NCBI GenBank assembly: GCA_017461765.1 | Contig: JAFTXO010000027.1 | Coordinates: 9,659 to 73,658, forward strand | From: Clostridia bacterium | GTDB lineage: Bacteria; Bacillota; Clostridia; Oscillospirales; CAG-272 | Length of the DNA stretch: 64,000 nt | Direction: 5' to 3' | Part shown: piece by piece, positions 38,137-47,177 of the stretch | How the letters are laid out: each line of letters starts with the position of its first letter | How positions within the stretch are numbered: the first letter of the stretch is position 1 | Translations under genes and position numbers: made by a program | Notes under the pieces: generated by a model | The model's database searches: none | Told to the model about the DNA's origin: nothing | The model's input: the letters and a program-made list of their open reading frames with translations, nothing else

Positions 38137-38877
38137 TTATTTTGCGAATACAATCTCGTTGACAATCTCGCAAATCTGTGTAATTATATCAAGGTCAAGC
38201 TCCATAAATGGCAAGGGCTCTACACGCTTACCTGTGAGGGTAGCTAACCAGGTTAGGGCAACGGCATATCTTCCGTAGGTATGAGACATATGGAAGCCGT
38301 CGCAGCACAGGGACTCTCCGCCGTTTGCATAATCAAAGGCGGGCACTCGCTCACGAAGTGCCTGAATAACGTCACCTGCCGGAATCATTGTCGCACCAAT
38401 TGCCAAGCATGCGGACTCCGAGGCACAACGAAGTGCTTCGTACATCTTTTTTTGATCGCAATCATATAGTGGAAAATCTCCGTGGGTTGAGTCAATTTCA
38501 TATGCCCACGTGCGATGAAAATATAGATCCGCACTCGGTTGATGCTTACGTACATACGCGGCAAGGTCGTTAAGATATGGCTGATAGGTTTCATACTGTC
38601 CGGAAAAATGGCTTACCTGCTGTAAGGTGACAATGTCAAAATGCTCATTTTTCAGGATTTGCTCAATTGTAACACGATCATCCTTCCACGCATCACCATT
38701 TATGATATGCAAATAATTTGCATTTCCCTGTACTACGTTTTCCCAGTGTGTCTGAAGGCTGCAACCGCCAATAGCCAAATTAACCGTTGTCAAATTCACG
38801 CCTCTCTGTTCTGCCAAAGCATGCAAATACGCATGCGCATCTATTGAAAAGCTATTACCAATAGATAAAATTTTCAT
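38137..38877 (-). CDS. DUF4886-like SGNH-fold hydrolase family protein
   Basis: MKILSIGNSFSIDAHAYL... Start set at M55 of the track ORF because GGAGGA lies 7 nt upstream. The longer ORF would run into repeat E4. Confidence 0.7.
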   Translation of the reverse strand: MKILSIGNSFSIDAHAYLHALAEQRGVNLTTVNLAIGGCSLQTHWENVVQGNANYLHIINGDAWKDDRVTIEQILKNEHFDIVTLQQVSHFSGQYETYQPYLNDLAAYVRKHQPSADLYFHRTWAYEIDSTHGDFPLYDCDQKKMYEALRCASESACLAIGATMIPAGDVIQALRERVPAFDYANGGESLCCDGFHMSHTYGRYAVALTWLATLTGKRVEPLPFMELDLDIITQICEIVNEIVFAK

Positions 38878-38905
38878 ACCGCAATCCTCCGTTGGTTTTT
38901 TCTTA

Positions 38906-38934
38906 AGTTTAGCATATTTTCTTGCATTTTGCAA
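38906..38934 (-). promoter_or_regulatory. Promoter of the DUF4886-like gene with overlapping inverted repeat
   Basis: The minus strand reads TTGCAA, 17-nt spacer, TAAACT. The perfect inverted repeat TTCTTGC-ATTTT-GCAAGAA (38919-38937) overlaps the -35. Confidence 0.5.
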
Positions 38935-38961
38935 GAAAAATATATCTATCCATCCAAGATG

Positions 38962-39070
38962 ATTCGCCTTCGGCGAGTTATATTGCTTTGCAGTGATATT
39001 ACTTCGTAGTGATATTGCCTTCGTCAGTTGAAATATCACTTAATCTATGCTATACTTTTTACGAGGTGAT
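38962..39070 (+). repeat. Element E4: shortened near-identical copy of E3 including promoter and RBS
   Basis: About 95 percent identical to E3 over its length but lacks 84 nt between two CAGTTGAAA 9-mers. It carries TTGAAA (39028-39033), 17-nt spacer, TATACT (39051-39056) and GAGGTGA (39063-39069). Confidence 0.85.
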
Positions 39071-39073
39071 TAT

Positions 39074-39715
39074 ATGAAGATAATTGATTTAACTCACACA
39101 ATAAAAGAGGATATGCCTGTTTATCCCGGCACAAATCCGCCGTCGCTTTCCGTTGCCAACACTTATAAAAATGGAGGCTTTAAGGAAACATTGATTTCAA
39201 TGTACAGCCATACCGGCACGCATATTGATCCGCCTGCTCATATTTTCGAAGGTAAGATGACGCTTGATGCGTTTGACGCATCTCAATTTGTTGGCTCGGC
39301 AGTGGTTATAGATTGCCGTATGCTCAAAGAGGGAGAGGAAATTTCGCTTGAACATATAAAGAGCTACGGTGAAAAAGCCGAGAGAGCAGACTTTTTGCTT
39401 TTTAATCTCGGTTGGGACAAAAAATGGGGAACACCCGATTATTTCGGAAGCTATCCGTGCCTTTCAAGCGACTCACTTGACTATATCATAAACGGTAATT
39501 ACAAGGGGATCGGCTTTGACGTAATAGGTCTTGACCCTATAAATGATCTTGCCCTTGAAAGACACAATAAGCTTTTTTCAAAAAAGAACATAATAAATAT
39601 TGAAAACTTAAAAAATCTTGATCTTTGCGGAAGCGAGCTGTTTACTTTTGTTTGTCTGCCGATAAAAATAGAAAATTCCGACGGCGCGCCATCAAGAGCG
39701 ATTGCTATTGTCTAG
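39074..39715 (+). CDS. Cyclase family protein (kynurenine formamidase-like fold)
   Basis: MKIIDLTHTIKEDMPVYPG...HTGTHIDPPAH is typical of the putative-cyclase family. Start at M10 of the track ORF. Confidence 0.8.
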   Translation: MKIIDLTHTIKEDMPVYPGTNPPSLSVANTYKNGGFKETLISMYSHTGTHIDPPAHIFEGKMTLDAFDASQFVGSAVVIDCRMLKEGEEISLEHIKSYGEKAERADFLLFNLGWDKKWGTPDYFGSYPCLSSDSLDYIINGNYKGIGFDVIGLDPINDLALERHNKLFSKKNIINIENLKNLDLCGSELFTFVCLPIKIENSDGAPSRAIAIV

Positions 39716-39731
39716 TGTATTGATCACTGTC

Positions 39732-40577
39732 TTAATATTCATATTCAAAGGAAGCCTCGCTCGTTTCGAAGGAAAGCAGTGTATTATCTCCTATTTTGAA
39801 GCAATACGCCGCATTGCAACAGATGCTCTCGTGAATTGTTCTGCTCATTGTACCGCTTTCGGGAGCAAAAAGGGGAAGCGCTTGCTTCTTTATGAGCTTT
39901 ACCGACAAACTCATGTCCCTCTGAGCTATGATAATTTCTCCGCCTTCTATTTTCCTTACCTTTGCTCCGAGATAAGTTGCTAAACGGTATTCCTTTTTGT
40001 CGATAACGATCACCCCGATCACTCCCGTAAAGAAGAAAGATCCTATTGGGATACTTGCAACACTTAGCATAAGAGAGCCGTTTTCAAAAAAGCATTGAGT
40101 CCACGCGTACTCCTTCGGAAATGAATAACCGCGATCTCCTTCAATATATCCCAAATCATTATCAAAGCAATAATCTTTGCCATTTATCGTTATTTCGCCC
40201 GTCACAGTGTGCCTCATGCTGACAACAGTGTGTCTGCATTCCATAAAGGGAACGTATCGAAACGGGCCCATAATATCATATTTTATCGGGGAAAATTCTC
40301 CGAATTTAAGAGATCCCACTGCTGTACAATCGGGAGTATTCAAGCATAGCTCTATTCCGTCGGAGGAGAAGCGATTATTTTCTATATCTATATTAAAATT
40401 CTTTTTTTGCTTGCAAAATTTATCATATGGAAAGCATATGTTAAAGACTCCGTCGTTTGTAATCAACTGAATTGAGCACGATCTGTGATCCTTCGACTTA
40501 TGAATAGCAGGAATTATCGCTAACGCTTGATTTGAAGACTGACATTTAAAATACCATCCGCAAAAATATTCTCGCAT
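39732..40577 (-). CDS. Tocopherol-cyclase-like family protein (tentative)
   Basis: About 281 aa. The N-terminal GWYFKCQ and central GYIEGDRGYSFPKEY resemble the bacterial tocopherol cyclase-like family as I remember it. The start is uncertain (40577 or 40586). Confidence 0.45.
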   Translation of the reverse strand: MREYFCGWYFKCQSSNQALAIIPAIHKSKDHRSCSIQLITNDGVFNICFPYDKFCKQKKNFNIDIENNRFSSDGIELCLNTPDCTAVGSLKFGEFSPIKYDIMGPFRYVPFMECRHTVVSMRHTVTGEITINGKDYCFDNDLGYIEGDRGYSFPKEYAWTQCFFENGSLMLSVASIPIGSFFFTGVIGVIVIDKKEYRLATYLGAKVRKIEGGEIIIAQRDMSLSVKLIKKQALPLFAPESGTMSRTIHESICCNAAYCFKIGDNTLLSFETSEASFEYEY

Positions 40578-40661
40578 AAAAACCAACCCTATGTTTTTTA
40601 TGAAATTATTTCCCTACAAATTATAAAATTATACAAATGATTTATAATTCCAAAAATTCAG

Positions 40662-40700
40662 CGAGTGCCAAAATCGACACTCGCTTTTTGCTATTTTGTA
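40662..40700. terminator. Bidirectional hairpin terminator
   Basis: AGCGAGTG...CACTCGCT, with an A-run on the left and TTTTT on the right. Confidence 0.7.
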
Positions 40701-40768
40701 TCCTATGCAAATGGTGTGTATTTTTCAATTATATCAATAAACCATTGCTCGCCACGAACATTATTATA

Positions 40769-41824
40769 CTATTCATCACTTTGAATATAATCTAACTCTC
40801 GTTTCACTTCATTACATTCAAAGCCGGAATAAACCTTAGCTGTTTCAAATTTGACATTTTTTACAAGATACGAGGAATGAATTGTAGTTTCAGGTAGTTC
40901 GTCATATGCTTTGGCGTGGTATAACCCTGATTCAAGACTTTTTGCACAGCTTTCATAATCTTTTTCATAGGAATAACGACTTGCTAACCAAAGATAAAGC
41001 TCCGCTAATTCATAGTGGCTAAAGCCATAATCAGCTTCGTCATAAATTAGCTTAATGAAATCTATTGTCTTGTTTAATATTCTGATAGCTTCCGTATTTG
41101 TTTCTGCATACAAACTACAGATTTTGATTTTCTGAGAAAGCTCTCCTGAAATATCATAAATATTTTTTCTTACATATTCCCACCACTTTTCGCTGCCTCT
41201 TTCGTAAAGCTGTTCTTTTTCTTCTCCCTGTAATTCAAACGGTAAAAGCTTTATATATTCTAATGCTTTTTCTTTGTTTCCCATATTTCCATAAATACCA
41301 CTCAATAGGCTTATGGCTCGATATCTGATCGGTTCGTCAAGACATTCATTTAATACTCGTTTACATAAGGTTAAAAGCTCTTCCTTATGCGGTACTTTTT
41401 CATAGTTTTCGGGAAGCTCTCCCTTTTCTTCCTTTTTCCAATATTCTTCCCAAAAATATGGGTCATAGTATAGTGCCAACATATAATGTTCCAAAATTCT
41501 ATAATCATTAGGGTATTCACGATGTGCTTGGCAAATGAAATCAAATTTATCTTTATCCTTACCAAGATTGGAAAGACGGTTGAATTCCTTTATTATTTCG
41601 TCAATTTTAGCTTGCTTTTTAGCCAAATCAACGCCTAAAAGCTCATCTGTTGTAACATTAAAAAAGTTTGCAAGTATTGGAAACATAGTTACATCAGGCA
41701 AGGAGGCATTGGTTTCCCACTTTGATAGTGTTTGAAAGGACACATTGAGCCTTTCTGCAAGCTCCTCTTGTGTCAAATTCATTTTTCTGCGTAGTGCTTT
41801 TATTCTGTTACCAAAATTCTTCAT
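40769..41824 (-). CDS. XRE-family HTH transcriptional regulator with TPR-like C-terminal domain
   Basis: 351 aa. The N-terminal segment is IKALRRKMNLTQEELAERLNVSFQTLSKWETNASLP. The C-terminal roughly 270 aa is helical-repeat (TPR-like). Confidence 0.8.
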   Translation of the reverse strand: MKNFGNRIKALRRKMNLTQEELAERLNVSFQTLSKWETNASLPDVTMFPILANFFNVTTDELLGVDLAKKQAKIDEIIKEFNRLSNLGKDKDKFDFICQAHREYPNDYRILEHYMLALYYDPYFWEEYWKKEEKGELPENYEKVPHKEELLTLCKRVLNECLDEPIRYRAISLLSGIYGNMGNKEKALEYIKLLPFELQGEEKEQLYERGSEKWWEYVRKNIYDISGELSQKIKICSLYAETNTEAIRILNKTIDFIKLIYDEADYGFSHYELAELYLWLASRYSYEKDYESCAKSLESGLYHAKAYDELPETTIHSSYLVKNVKFETAKVYSGFECNEVKRELDYIQSDE

Positions 41825-42057
41825 TGAAATTCTCCTTTAAGATTATTTCCTCGAGGTTAATTCTATTTTAACACATTTTTAGATAAAATCTATATAAAGT
41901 CAAGCGAATATTTTTCTAATGGTATTAGAAAATTCTATTGAGAGGCAATAAATTGATTTTTATAATGTGACCTAACTATTTACAAAAATTTAAATTCATG
42001 CTATACTTTACTTAAAGAACTCATATATCAATGGATACTTATTAAGGTGGTGACATT

Positions 42058-42768
42058 ATGCTAAGTCCGGAAGCTCGATCTATTATAAGAAGCTGGGTCA
42101 AGTTCTTATTTGAGCTGCTTATCTTGATTTTGATTATAGCTGTGATCGTTTTGATATACCGTTATATCAGGGCAATATACAAGCGAGCGAGGTTCGTTAC
42201 CAAGGCTACCTTTTATTGCAAAACAAATAAGCTGAAATTACAAAAAAACAGCTTTCAATATTTATCGATTTTATGTAATACAAAAAAGCCCGATTTAATA
42301 ATGGAAACGGAAAATAAGCGATATGTAATAAAGTATTTTACGCCCTCGATTTTAAAAAATGTAAATTTGAGCTTTATAACCCCGAATCGCTATTTTATAA
42401 CAAATGTCAAGGGCTTTATATTGGTTGCAAAAAATGTAGGATTTCTTTTGCGCGCAAGGCTTTTTAAGCCAAAAAACATAGACTCTACCTTTTTAAGCCT
42501 AACACATACGGAAATAACAGAGCATATAAAAGGTGAAAAGCGCCTGCCGACTATATCCTTTGATTTGTATAAGAGTGCTGAAAAGGAGACTGAGAATATT
42601 TTAATAATAAATCCGATCCCGCTTAATGTTAAATACATAAACAAAAATAAATTTGATTTGTTGTTGAGCGGGGACGAGTATCACAATTTTAAGATATATT
42701 CTTCGGAAGAGTTTCTTATGACGTTTATAAGAGCTCACGAAAAAGAAAGGGCAGAATTTGAAAAATAA
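42058..42768 (+). CDS. Membrane-anchored hypothetical protein
   Basis: 236 aa with one N-terminal TM (FLFELLILILIIAVIVLIY) and then a Lys-rich soluble domain. RBS AAGGTGGTGA. Confidence 0.6.
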   Translation: MLSPEARSIIRSWVKFLFELLILILIIAVIVLIYRYIRAIYKRARFVTKATFYCKTNKLKLQKNSFQYLSILCNTKKPDLIMETENKRYVIKYFTPSILKNVNLSFITPNRYFITNVKGFILVAKNVGFLLRARLFKPKNIDSTFLSLTHTEITEHIKGEKRLPTISFDLYKSAEKETENILIINPIPLNVKYINKNKFDLLLSGDEYHNFKIYSSEEFLMTFIRAHEKERAEFEK

Positions 42769-42806
42769 CTCTTACCGTGATAAAATAAATTAAAATGGAG
42801 CATTTT

Positions 42807-43526
42807 ATGGATACTATAAAATTTGAAAAACGAAATACACTTACAGTAGCACACAGAGGTCTTTCTGGTATAGAAGCCGAAAATACCAACGCCGCATTTG
42901 TCGCAGCGGGAACCCGATCCTATTTTGGAATAGAAACAGATATACACAGAACTGCAGACGGACGTTTTATCATAAATCATGACGGTAATTTAAACCGTAT
43001 CGCCGGAGTTGATATAAACGTCGAAAGCATTGATCTTGATACGCTTCAAAGCATAATTCTTTTCGATAAGGACGGAACAAAGGATAGATTGGATCTGCGT
43101 CCTTGCACGCTTGAAAACTATATAAGCATCTGTAAAAAATACGCAAAGCATTGTGTCCTTGAGCTTAAATCCGAGTTTTCCGTTGAAGAAACATCCTGCT
43201 TTATCAAGATAATAAAGGAGCTTGACTACATAGATAATGTAACATTTATTTCGTTTAATTACGATAATTTGTTAAAGGTAAGAAGCATTCTTCCAAATCA
43301 ATGCGTGCAATATCTTTTTTCTGATATTACAGACGAGCTTACAAAAAGGCTTGCTCACGATAAAATAGATGTCGATATACGCTATACCTCTCTTTCAAAG
43401 GAAAGCGTTGATAATTTTCATAAAGCAGGATTAAAGGTAAACTGCTGGACTGTTGACAGTAAGGAGGATGCAGAGCGCCTTGCGCTTTGGGGAGTTGATT
43501 ATATAACGACCAATATTCTTGAATAA
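42807..43526 (+). CDS. Glycerophosphodiester phosphodiesterase family protein
   Basis: VAHRGLSGIEAENT...ETDIHRT is typical of GDPD. Start at M5 of the track ORF, after GGAG. Confidence 0.85.
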   Translation: MDTIKFEKRNTLTVAHRGLSGIEAENTNAAFVAAGTRSYFGIETDIHRTADGRFIINHDGNLNRIAGVDINVESIDLDTLQSIILFDKDGTKDRLDLRPCTLENYISICKKYAKHCVLELKSEFSVEETSCFIKIIKELDYIDNVTFISFNYDNLLKVRSILPNQCVQYLFSDITDELTKRLAHDKIDVDIRYTSLSKESVDNFHKAGLKVNCWTVDSKEDAERLALWGVDYITTNILE

Positions 43527-43541
43527 AAGAGTCAAATATTT

Positions 43542-44201
43542 ATGAAAGAAATTAAAGTAAAAAACAAAAGGGTCAATATAAATAAGTTAGTATCGTTCGG
43601 TTTTGTAAAAAGCGGTAACGAATATATTTACTTATGCTTTTTGGCTGACGGTAATTTGAAAATGAGGGTGACCTTATCGAATGAAAAGCTTTATTCCGAA
43701 ATTACAGACGAATTCGGAGAAGAATACACTCTTCATCTGATCAAGGATATAAGCGGAAATTTCGTTGGTAAGGTCAAGCTTGAGTATGAAGATAAAATAA
43801 ACGAAATACTTGAAAAATGCTTTGATGTTGAGATCTTTAAAAGCATTCAGACAAAAGAAATCATAAAATATATTGAAAATAAATACGGTGATACACTTGA
43901 ATTTTTATGGGAGAAGTTTCCTGATAACGCCGTCGCAAGAAGAAAGGACAGCGGTAAATGGTATCTTGCCGTATTGACTGTATCTAAAAGCAAATTAGGT
44001 CTTGATGATGACGAAAAGATCGAGATAGTAGATTTGAGAATAAAAACAGAGGAAACTGAAAAAACCGTTGATAATAAAAAATATTTTTCGGGATACCACA
44101 TGAATAAAAAGCATTGGATAACGATCTGCTTGGACGGCTCTGTTTCCACAGATGAAATTTTCGAAAGAATAGAGGAAAGCTACAATCTTGCAATAAAATA
44201 A
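43542..44201 (+). CDS. MmcQ/YjbR family DNA-binding protein with extra N-terminal domain
   Basis: 219 aa. The C-terminal half, ...LEFLWEKFPDNAVARRKDSGKWYLAVL...GYHMNKKHWITICLDG..., matches the YjbR-like pattern. Confidence 0.7.
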   Translation: MKEIKVKNKRVNINKLVSFGFVKSGNEYIYLCFLADGNLKMRVTLSNEKLYSEITDEFGEEYTLHLIKDISGNFVGKVKLEYEDKINEILEKCFDVEIFKSIQTKEIIKYIENKYGDTLEFLWEKFPDNAVARRKDSGKWYLAVLTVSKSKLGLDDDEKIEIVDLRIKTEETEKTVDNKKYFSGYHMNKKHWITICLDGSVSTDEIFERIEESYNLAIK

Positions 44202-44229
44202 AAAATATAAAATCTTAAATGTAAATATT

Positions 44230-44262
44230 AAAAGCCTCGCTTGTCTTCAAGCGAGGCTTTGT
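44230..44262. terminator. Bidirectional terminator between convergent genes
   Basis: AGCCTCGCTTG-TCTT-CAAGCGAGGCT, flanked by A-rich sequence on the left and a T-run on the right. Confidence 0.85.
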
Positions 44263-44264
44263 TT

Positions 44265-45947
44265 TTATTTTTTCGGCGTATCAAATCTAATCTTAAACTC
44301 TGTTTGTCCGTCGTTTAAAACGTAGTCGATAAGATATGCTTTATATGTTCCGGGCTCTGCGTGATACTTAAGCTCTTTTACTGAAATTTGAGGCGTTATA
44401 TCGTTTTCGCATACGAGAGCAGTGTCATCAATTATAACCTTGCCGTCTGCTATCCTTGGCTCAATTGTCGAAACGAAGCGCTCTGTGATCTTGCTTTCCT
44501 TTGTGAGCGTAAAATTATCCGTCATTTCGATCGTATCATCGCCAAATACGAATTTTCTTTCCGCCTTTTTCAGATAATCAAGCCCATATCCGTTTGTAAA
44601 ATCCATATAAACACTTGAATTTTTTTCGTCATAATCAAGATAAACATTATCGCGTCGCACCCCGTCCTGACCTATGCCGTCAAAAAACGGAATGTTGTGA
44701 GAGTATGACGAGGGATTGAAAAATGTATATCTTCTCTCGGTGTGATAACCGTCCTCGTAAGGCCCTGCGCCAAGATCACAAAGGATCTGCTGATTGTTTC
44801 TTGCGAGAATAAATGAGCCAACGTCATTATGGTTGTGGCTCTCACCGTTATTTCCACCCTTGCACGCAAAGCCGTAAAAGTCTGTGCGTTTTACAAAATA
44901 CGCTGAATCCTTCATATGATAAGTAACGTTTGACTGAATATCCTCAGCGACAAAGTCGGGATTAAAATAAATAACCGAGCGTAAAAGAAAGTTAAAGTGT
45001 GTGTTGCTTTCAGCAATTCTTGCTGAATTTAACGGAAGCTTTTCAACGGTATCGCCGTAAATTCCTCTCAGCATATGAGTAAGACCGAGACGGTATTTTT
45101 CCTTTCCGGCACAATCACTGAATGAAACTATAACATCCTTTTGTAAGAATGTTTTCTGCATAAAGGTAGCAATTTCTTTTACCTTTTCATTCTTGAACCA
45201 ATCGACCTCTCCGTTTGTAAGCTCCTTTTCAAGCATAGCGTAGCTTGTGAAAAATCCAAATCCAAAGCCCCAATAGCCCGCACCCTCGACGCAAACTCCG
45301 TCGTCGGCGTAGCTGTCAAGATAAACCTGCATCACACTGTCAAGGCGCTCTCTTTGCTCAAGAAATATCTCAGGACATTCATACATCATAGCTCCGCCGA
45401 CACCGCCGGCACAAACGGCAGCCCAGTTGTTGGGGTGCTTTTCCCAGAAGTATGTTCTTGTGAGAAAGGGATCGAATGTTCTGCGCTTAAGCTCGGCGCT
45501 TATTCTGTCCTTTATAAGCTTTGGAAATCTGTCACTGAAAAGATTTTTTATCTCCGCAAGCGCAAAAGCAATCGAGGAAGCGAAAATATCGATAAGTCCG
45601 GGATCGTAATCGTACGGAGTTGTATTATAATAACTGTTATAATGTCCGAGAGGGGCCCAGGTGTAATCGTTACAGTAGGTCCACACGATATTCAAAAGAC
45701 TTTGATAATATTCGTCATTGTCGGGATAGATAAGAGCCATAAGAGCCGCACTTTCAAGCTGAGTAAGCTGAACGTGCCATACGTTATCCTCATTTCCGCC
45801 GCTTAAAATTTCCCTGACAGAATGAACTCTCGGCTCTTCGGTAAATGCCTTTTTGTAAAGAACCTCGATTTCTTGGCGGTGACGCGCAAAATCGTCACTT
45901 TCGCGAACTCTGTCCCATAATTTTTTATCCTTAGCAAAATCAAGCAT
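44265..45947 (-). CDS. Heparinase II/III-like family protein (cytoplasmic, no signal peptide)
   Basis: 560 aa. The C-terminal region with HNHNDVGSF is typical of heparinase II/III-like proteins. Confidence 0.7.
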   Translation of the reverse strand: MLDFAKDKKLWDRVRESDDFARHRQEIEVLYKKAFTEEPRVHSVREILSGGNEDNVWHVQLTQLESAALMALIYPDNDEYYQSLLNIVWTYCNDYTWAPLGHYNSYYNTTPYDYDPGLIDIFASSIAFALAEIKNLFSDRFPKLIKDRISAELKRRTFDPFLTRTYFWEKHPNNWAAVCAGGVGGAMMYECPEIFLEQRERLDSVMQVYLDSYADDGVCVEGAGYWGFGFGFFTSYAMLEKELTNGEVDWFKNEKVKEIATFMQKTFLQKDVIVSFSDCAGKEKYRLGLTHMLRGIYGDTVEKLPLNSARIAESNTHFNFLLRSVIYFNPDFVAEDIQSNVTYHMKDSAYFVKRTDFYGFACKGGNNGESHNHNDVGSFILARNNQQILCDLGAGPYEDGYHTERRYTFFNPSSYSHNIPFFDGIGQDGVRRDNVYLDYDEKNSSVYMDFTNGYGLDYLKKAERKFVFGDDTIEMTDNFTLTKESKITERFVSTIEPRIADGKVIIDDTALVCENDITPQISVKELKYHAEPGTYKAYLIDYVLNDGQTEFKIRFDTPKK

Positions 45948-46139
45948 AAATACTCCTTATATCATTTTTCCGTGTTAATTGTCTCTTTGTTGTGACATAA
46001 AAATTATTACTGTCAAGATAAGTTTATCATTAAACCTTAAAAAAAGCAATATGAAATAAAAATTTATAATGATTTGTTTGACATATAAAAGCATTTGTGA
46101 TACAATTTAACTGTAAAATAAAAAAGAAGGAGATATTAT

Positions 46140-46760
46140 ATGAAAATTTTATTTCAAGGCGATTCTATAACGGATGCAGACAGAGACAGAAATAATAATT
46201 CCCGTCTTGGCAGAGGATATCCTTTGCTCGTCGAGGCAGCGCTCGGATACGAAGAGCCGGGTAAGTACGAGTTTGTAAACAGAGGCATAAGCGGAAACAG
46301 AGTAGTGGATCTCTACGCACGCATTAAGAATGATATTATAAATCTCGCCCCCGATGTTATGAGCATCTTGATAGGAGTAAACGATGTTTGGCATGAGCTT
46401 GGCGATAACCCGAACGGTGTTGATGCAGATAAATTCTTCAAGATATATTCAATGCTTATTGAGGAAGTAAAGGCGGCACTCCCGAATATCAAAATAATGA
46501 TACTTGAGCCGTTTGTGCTCGAGGGCTGTGCGACTATGGATAACTGGGAATATTTCTCCACCGAAGTTCCAAAGCGTGCTGCTATGGCGAAAAAGATAGC
46601 GAAGATGTACGATCTTCCCTTTATTCCGCTTCAAAAGGGCTTCGATGAGCTTTGTCAAAAAGCTCCGAGCGAATATTGGCTTGGTGACGGAGTTCACCCC
46701 ACCGCAAAAGGTCACGAGTACATAAAATCTCAGTGGATCGAAGCATTCAAAAAGCTTTGA
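46140..46760 (+). CDS. SGNH/GDSL hydrolase family esterase
   Basis: MKILFQGDSITD (block I), GISGN (block II), GVND (block III) and DGVHPT (block V) are present. Confidence 0.88.
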   Translation: MKILFQGDSITDADRDRNNNSRLGRGYPLLVEAALGYEEPGKYEFVNRGISGNRVVDLYARIKNDIINLAPDVMSILIGVNDVWHELGDNPNGVDADKFFKIYSMLIEEVKAALPNIKIMILEPFVLEGCATMDNWEYFSTEVPKRAAMAKKIAKMYDLPFIPLQKGFDELCQKAPSEYWLGDGVHPTAKGHEYIKSQWIEAFKKL

Positions 46761-46937
46761 AGATCAACATTTATTGCCCACTTTCGTGTCCTAAAGGACA
46801 GTTTTGCAAGAATACGGTATATCTCGAAAGAGGTATGCCGTCTTTTTGTATTCACAGCTGCAGTGCTTGTTAAGAAAAATGATATTGTCGATTTGTGCTT
46901 TTCTCGAAACGTAATTTTATAAATTTCTCGGATAGTA

Positions 46938-46966
46938 TTTACAAAACTCATAAATTGTGATATAAT
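46938..46966 (+). promoter_or_regulatory. Sigma-A promoter of the structured leader
   Basis: TTTACA (46938-46943), 17-nt spacer, TG-n-TATAAT (-10 at 46961-46966). Confidence 0.65.
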
Positions 46967-46971
46967 AAAAA

Positions 46972-47177
46972 TGCGAAACAAACCGAATATGGCATTTAGG
47001 AGTATTTTTTGTATAGGGGTACTCTGCCTTTTTGCGTCCGCAAAGATTTGAATTTGGTAAAAAGTACAAGTTCCGTCTTTGTGGATATGGATTATTCTCC
47101 TATTTGTCAAAGGTTTGTTTCGCAGCAATAGGGGCTTGTGCTTTTTCGGTGCGTAGCTTCGGTTGCGCACCTTTTTT
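46972..47177 (+). promoter_or_regulatory. Riboswitch-like structured 5' leader ending in an intrinsic terminator
   Basis: A 13-bp long-range helix (TGCGAAACAAACC at 46972-46984 with GGTTTGTTTCGCA at 47112-47124) encloses about 127 nt with inner helices. A terminator follows: GGTGCGTAGC-TTCG-GTTGCGCACC (47148-47171) plus TTTTTT. Then come the RBS and the ATG at 47197. Confidence 0.55.

Noticed and set aside
38878-39039. N-terminal 54-codon extension of the DUF4886-like ORF. Similar 5' extensions appear in track ORFs 31309-32676, 47032-47412, 59841-60920, 50158-50613, 39047-39715 and 4012-5007.
   Set aside because: The extensions run through repeats, promoters or leaders and lack an RBS. An internal start with a strong GGAGG-type RBS matches the family N-terminus in each case.
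39702-39983. 93-aa ORF on the + strand following the cyclase gene.
   Set aside because: It lies antisense within the tocopherol-cyclase-like gene, has no RBS and overlaps the cyclase stop. Its translation is low-complexity.
35904-44262. Classical tRNA-integrated genomic island with att sites.
   Set aside because: No integrase or recombinase gene is present, and I found no direct repeat of the tRNA-Gln 3' end downstream by eye. Kept only as an accessory-region hypothesis.
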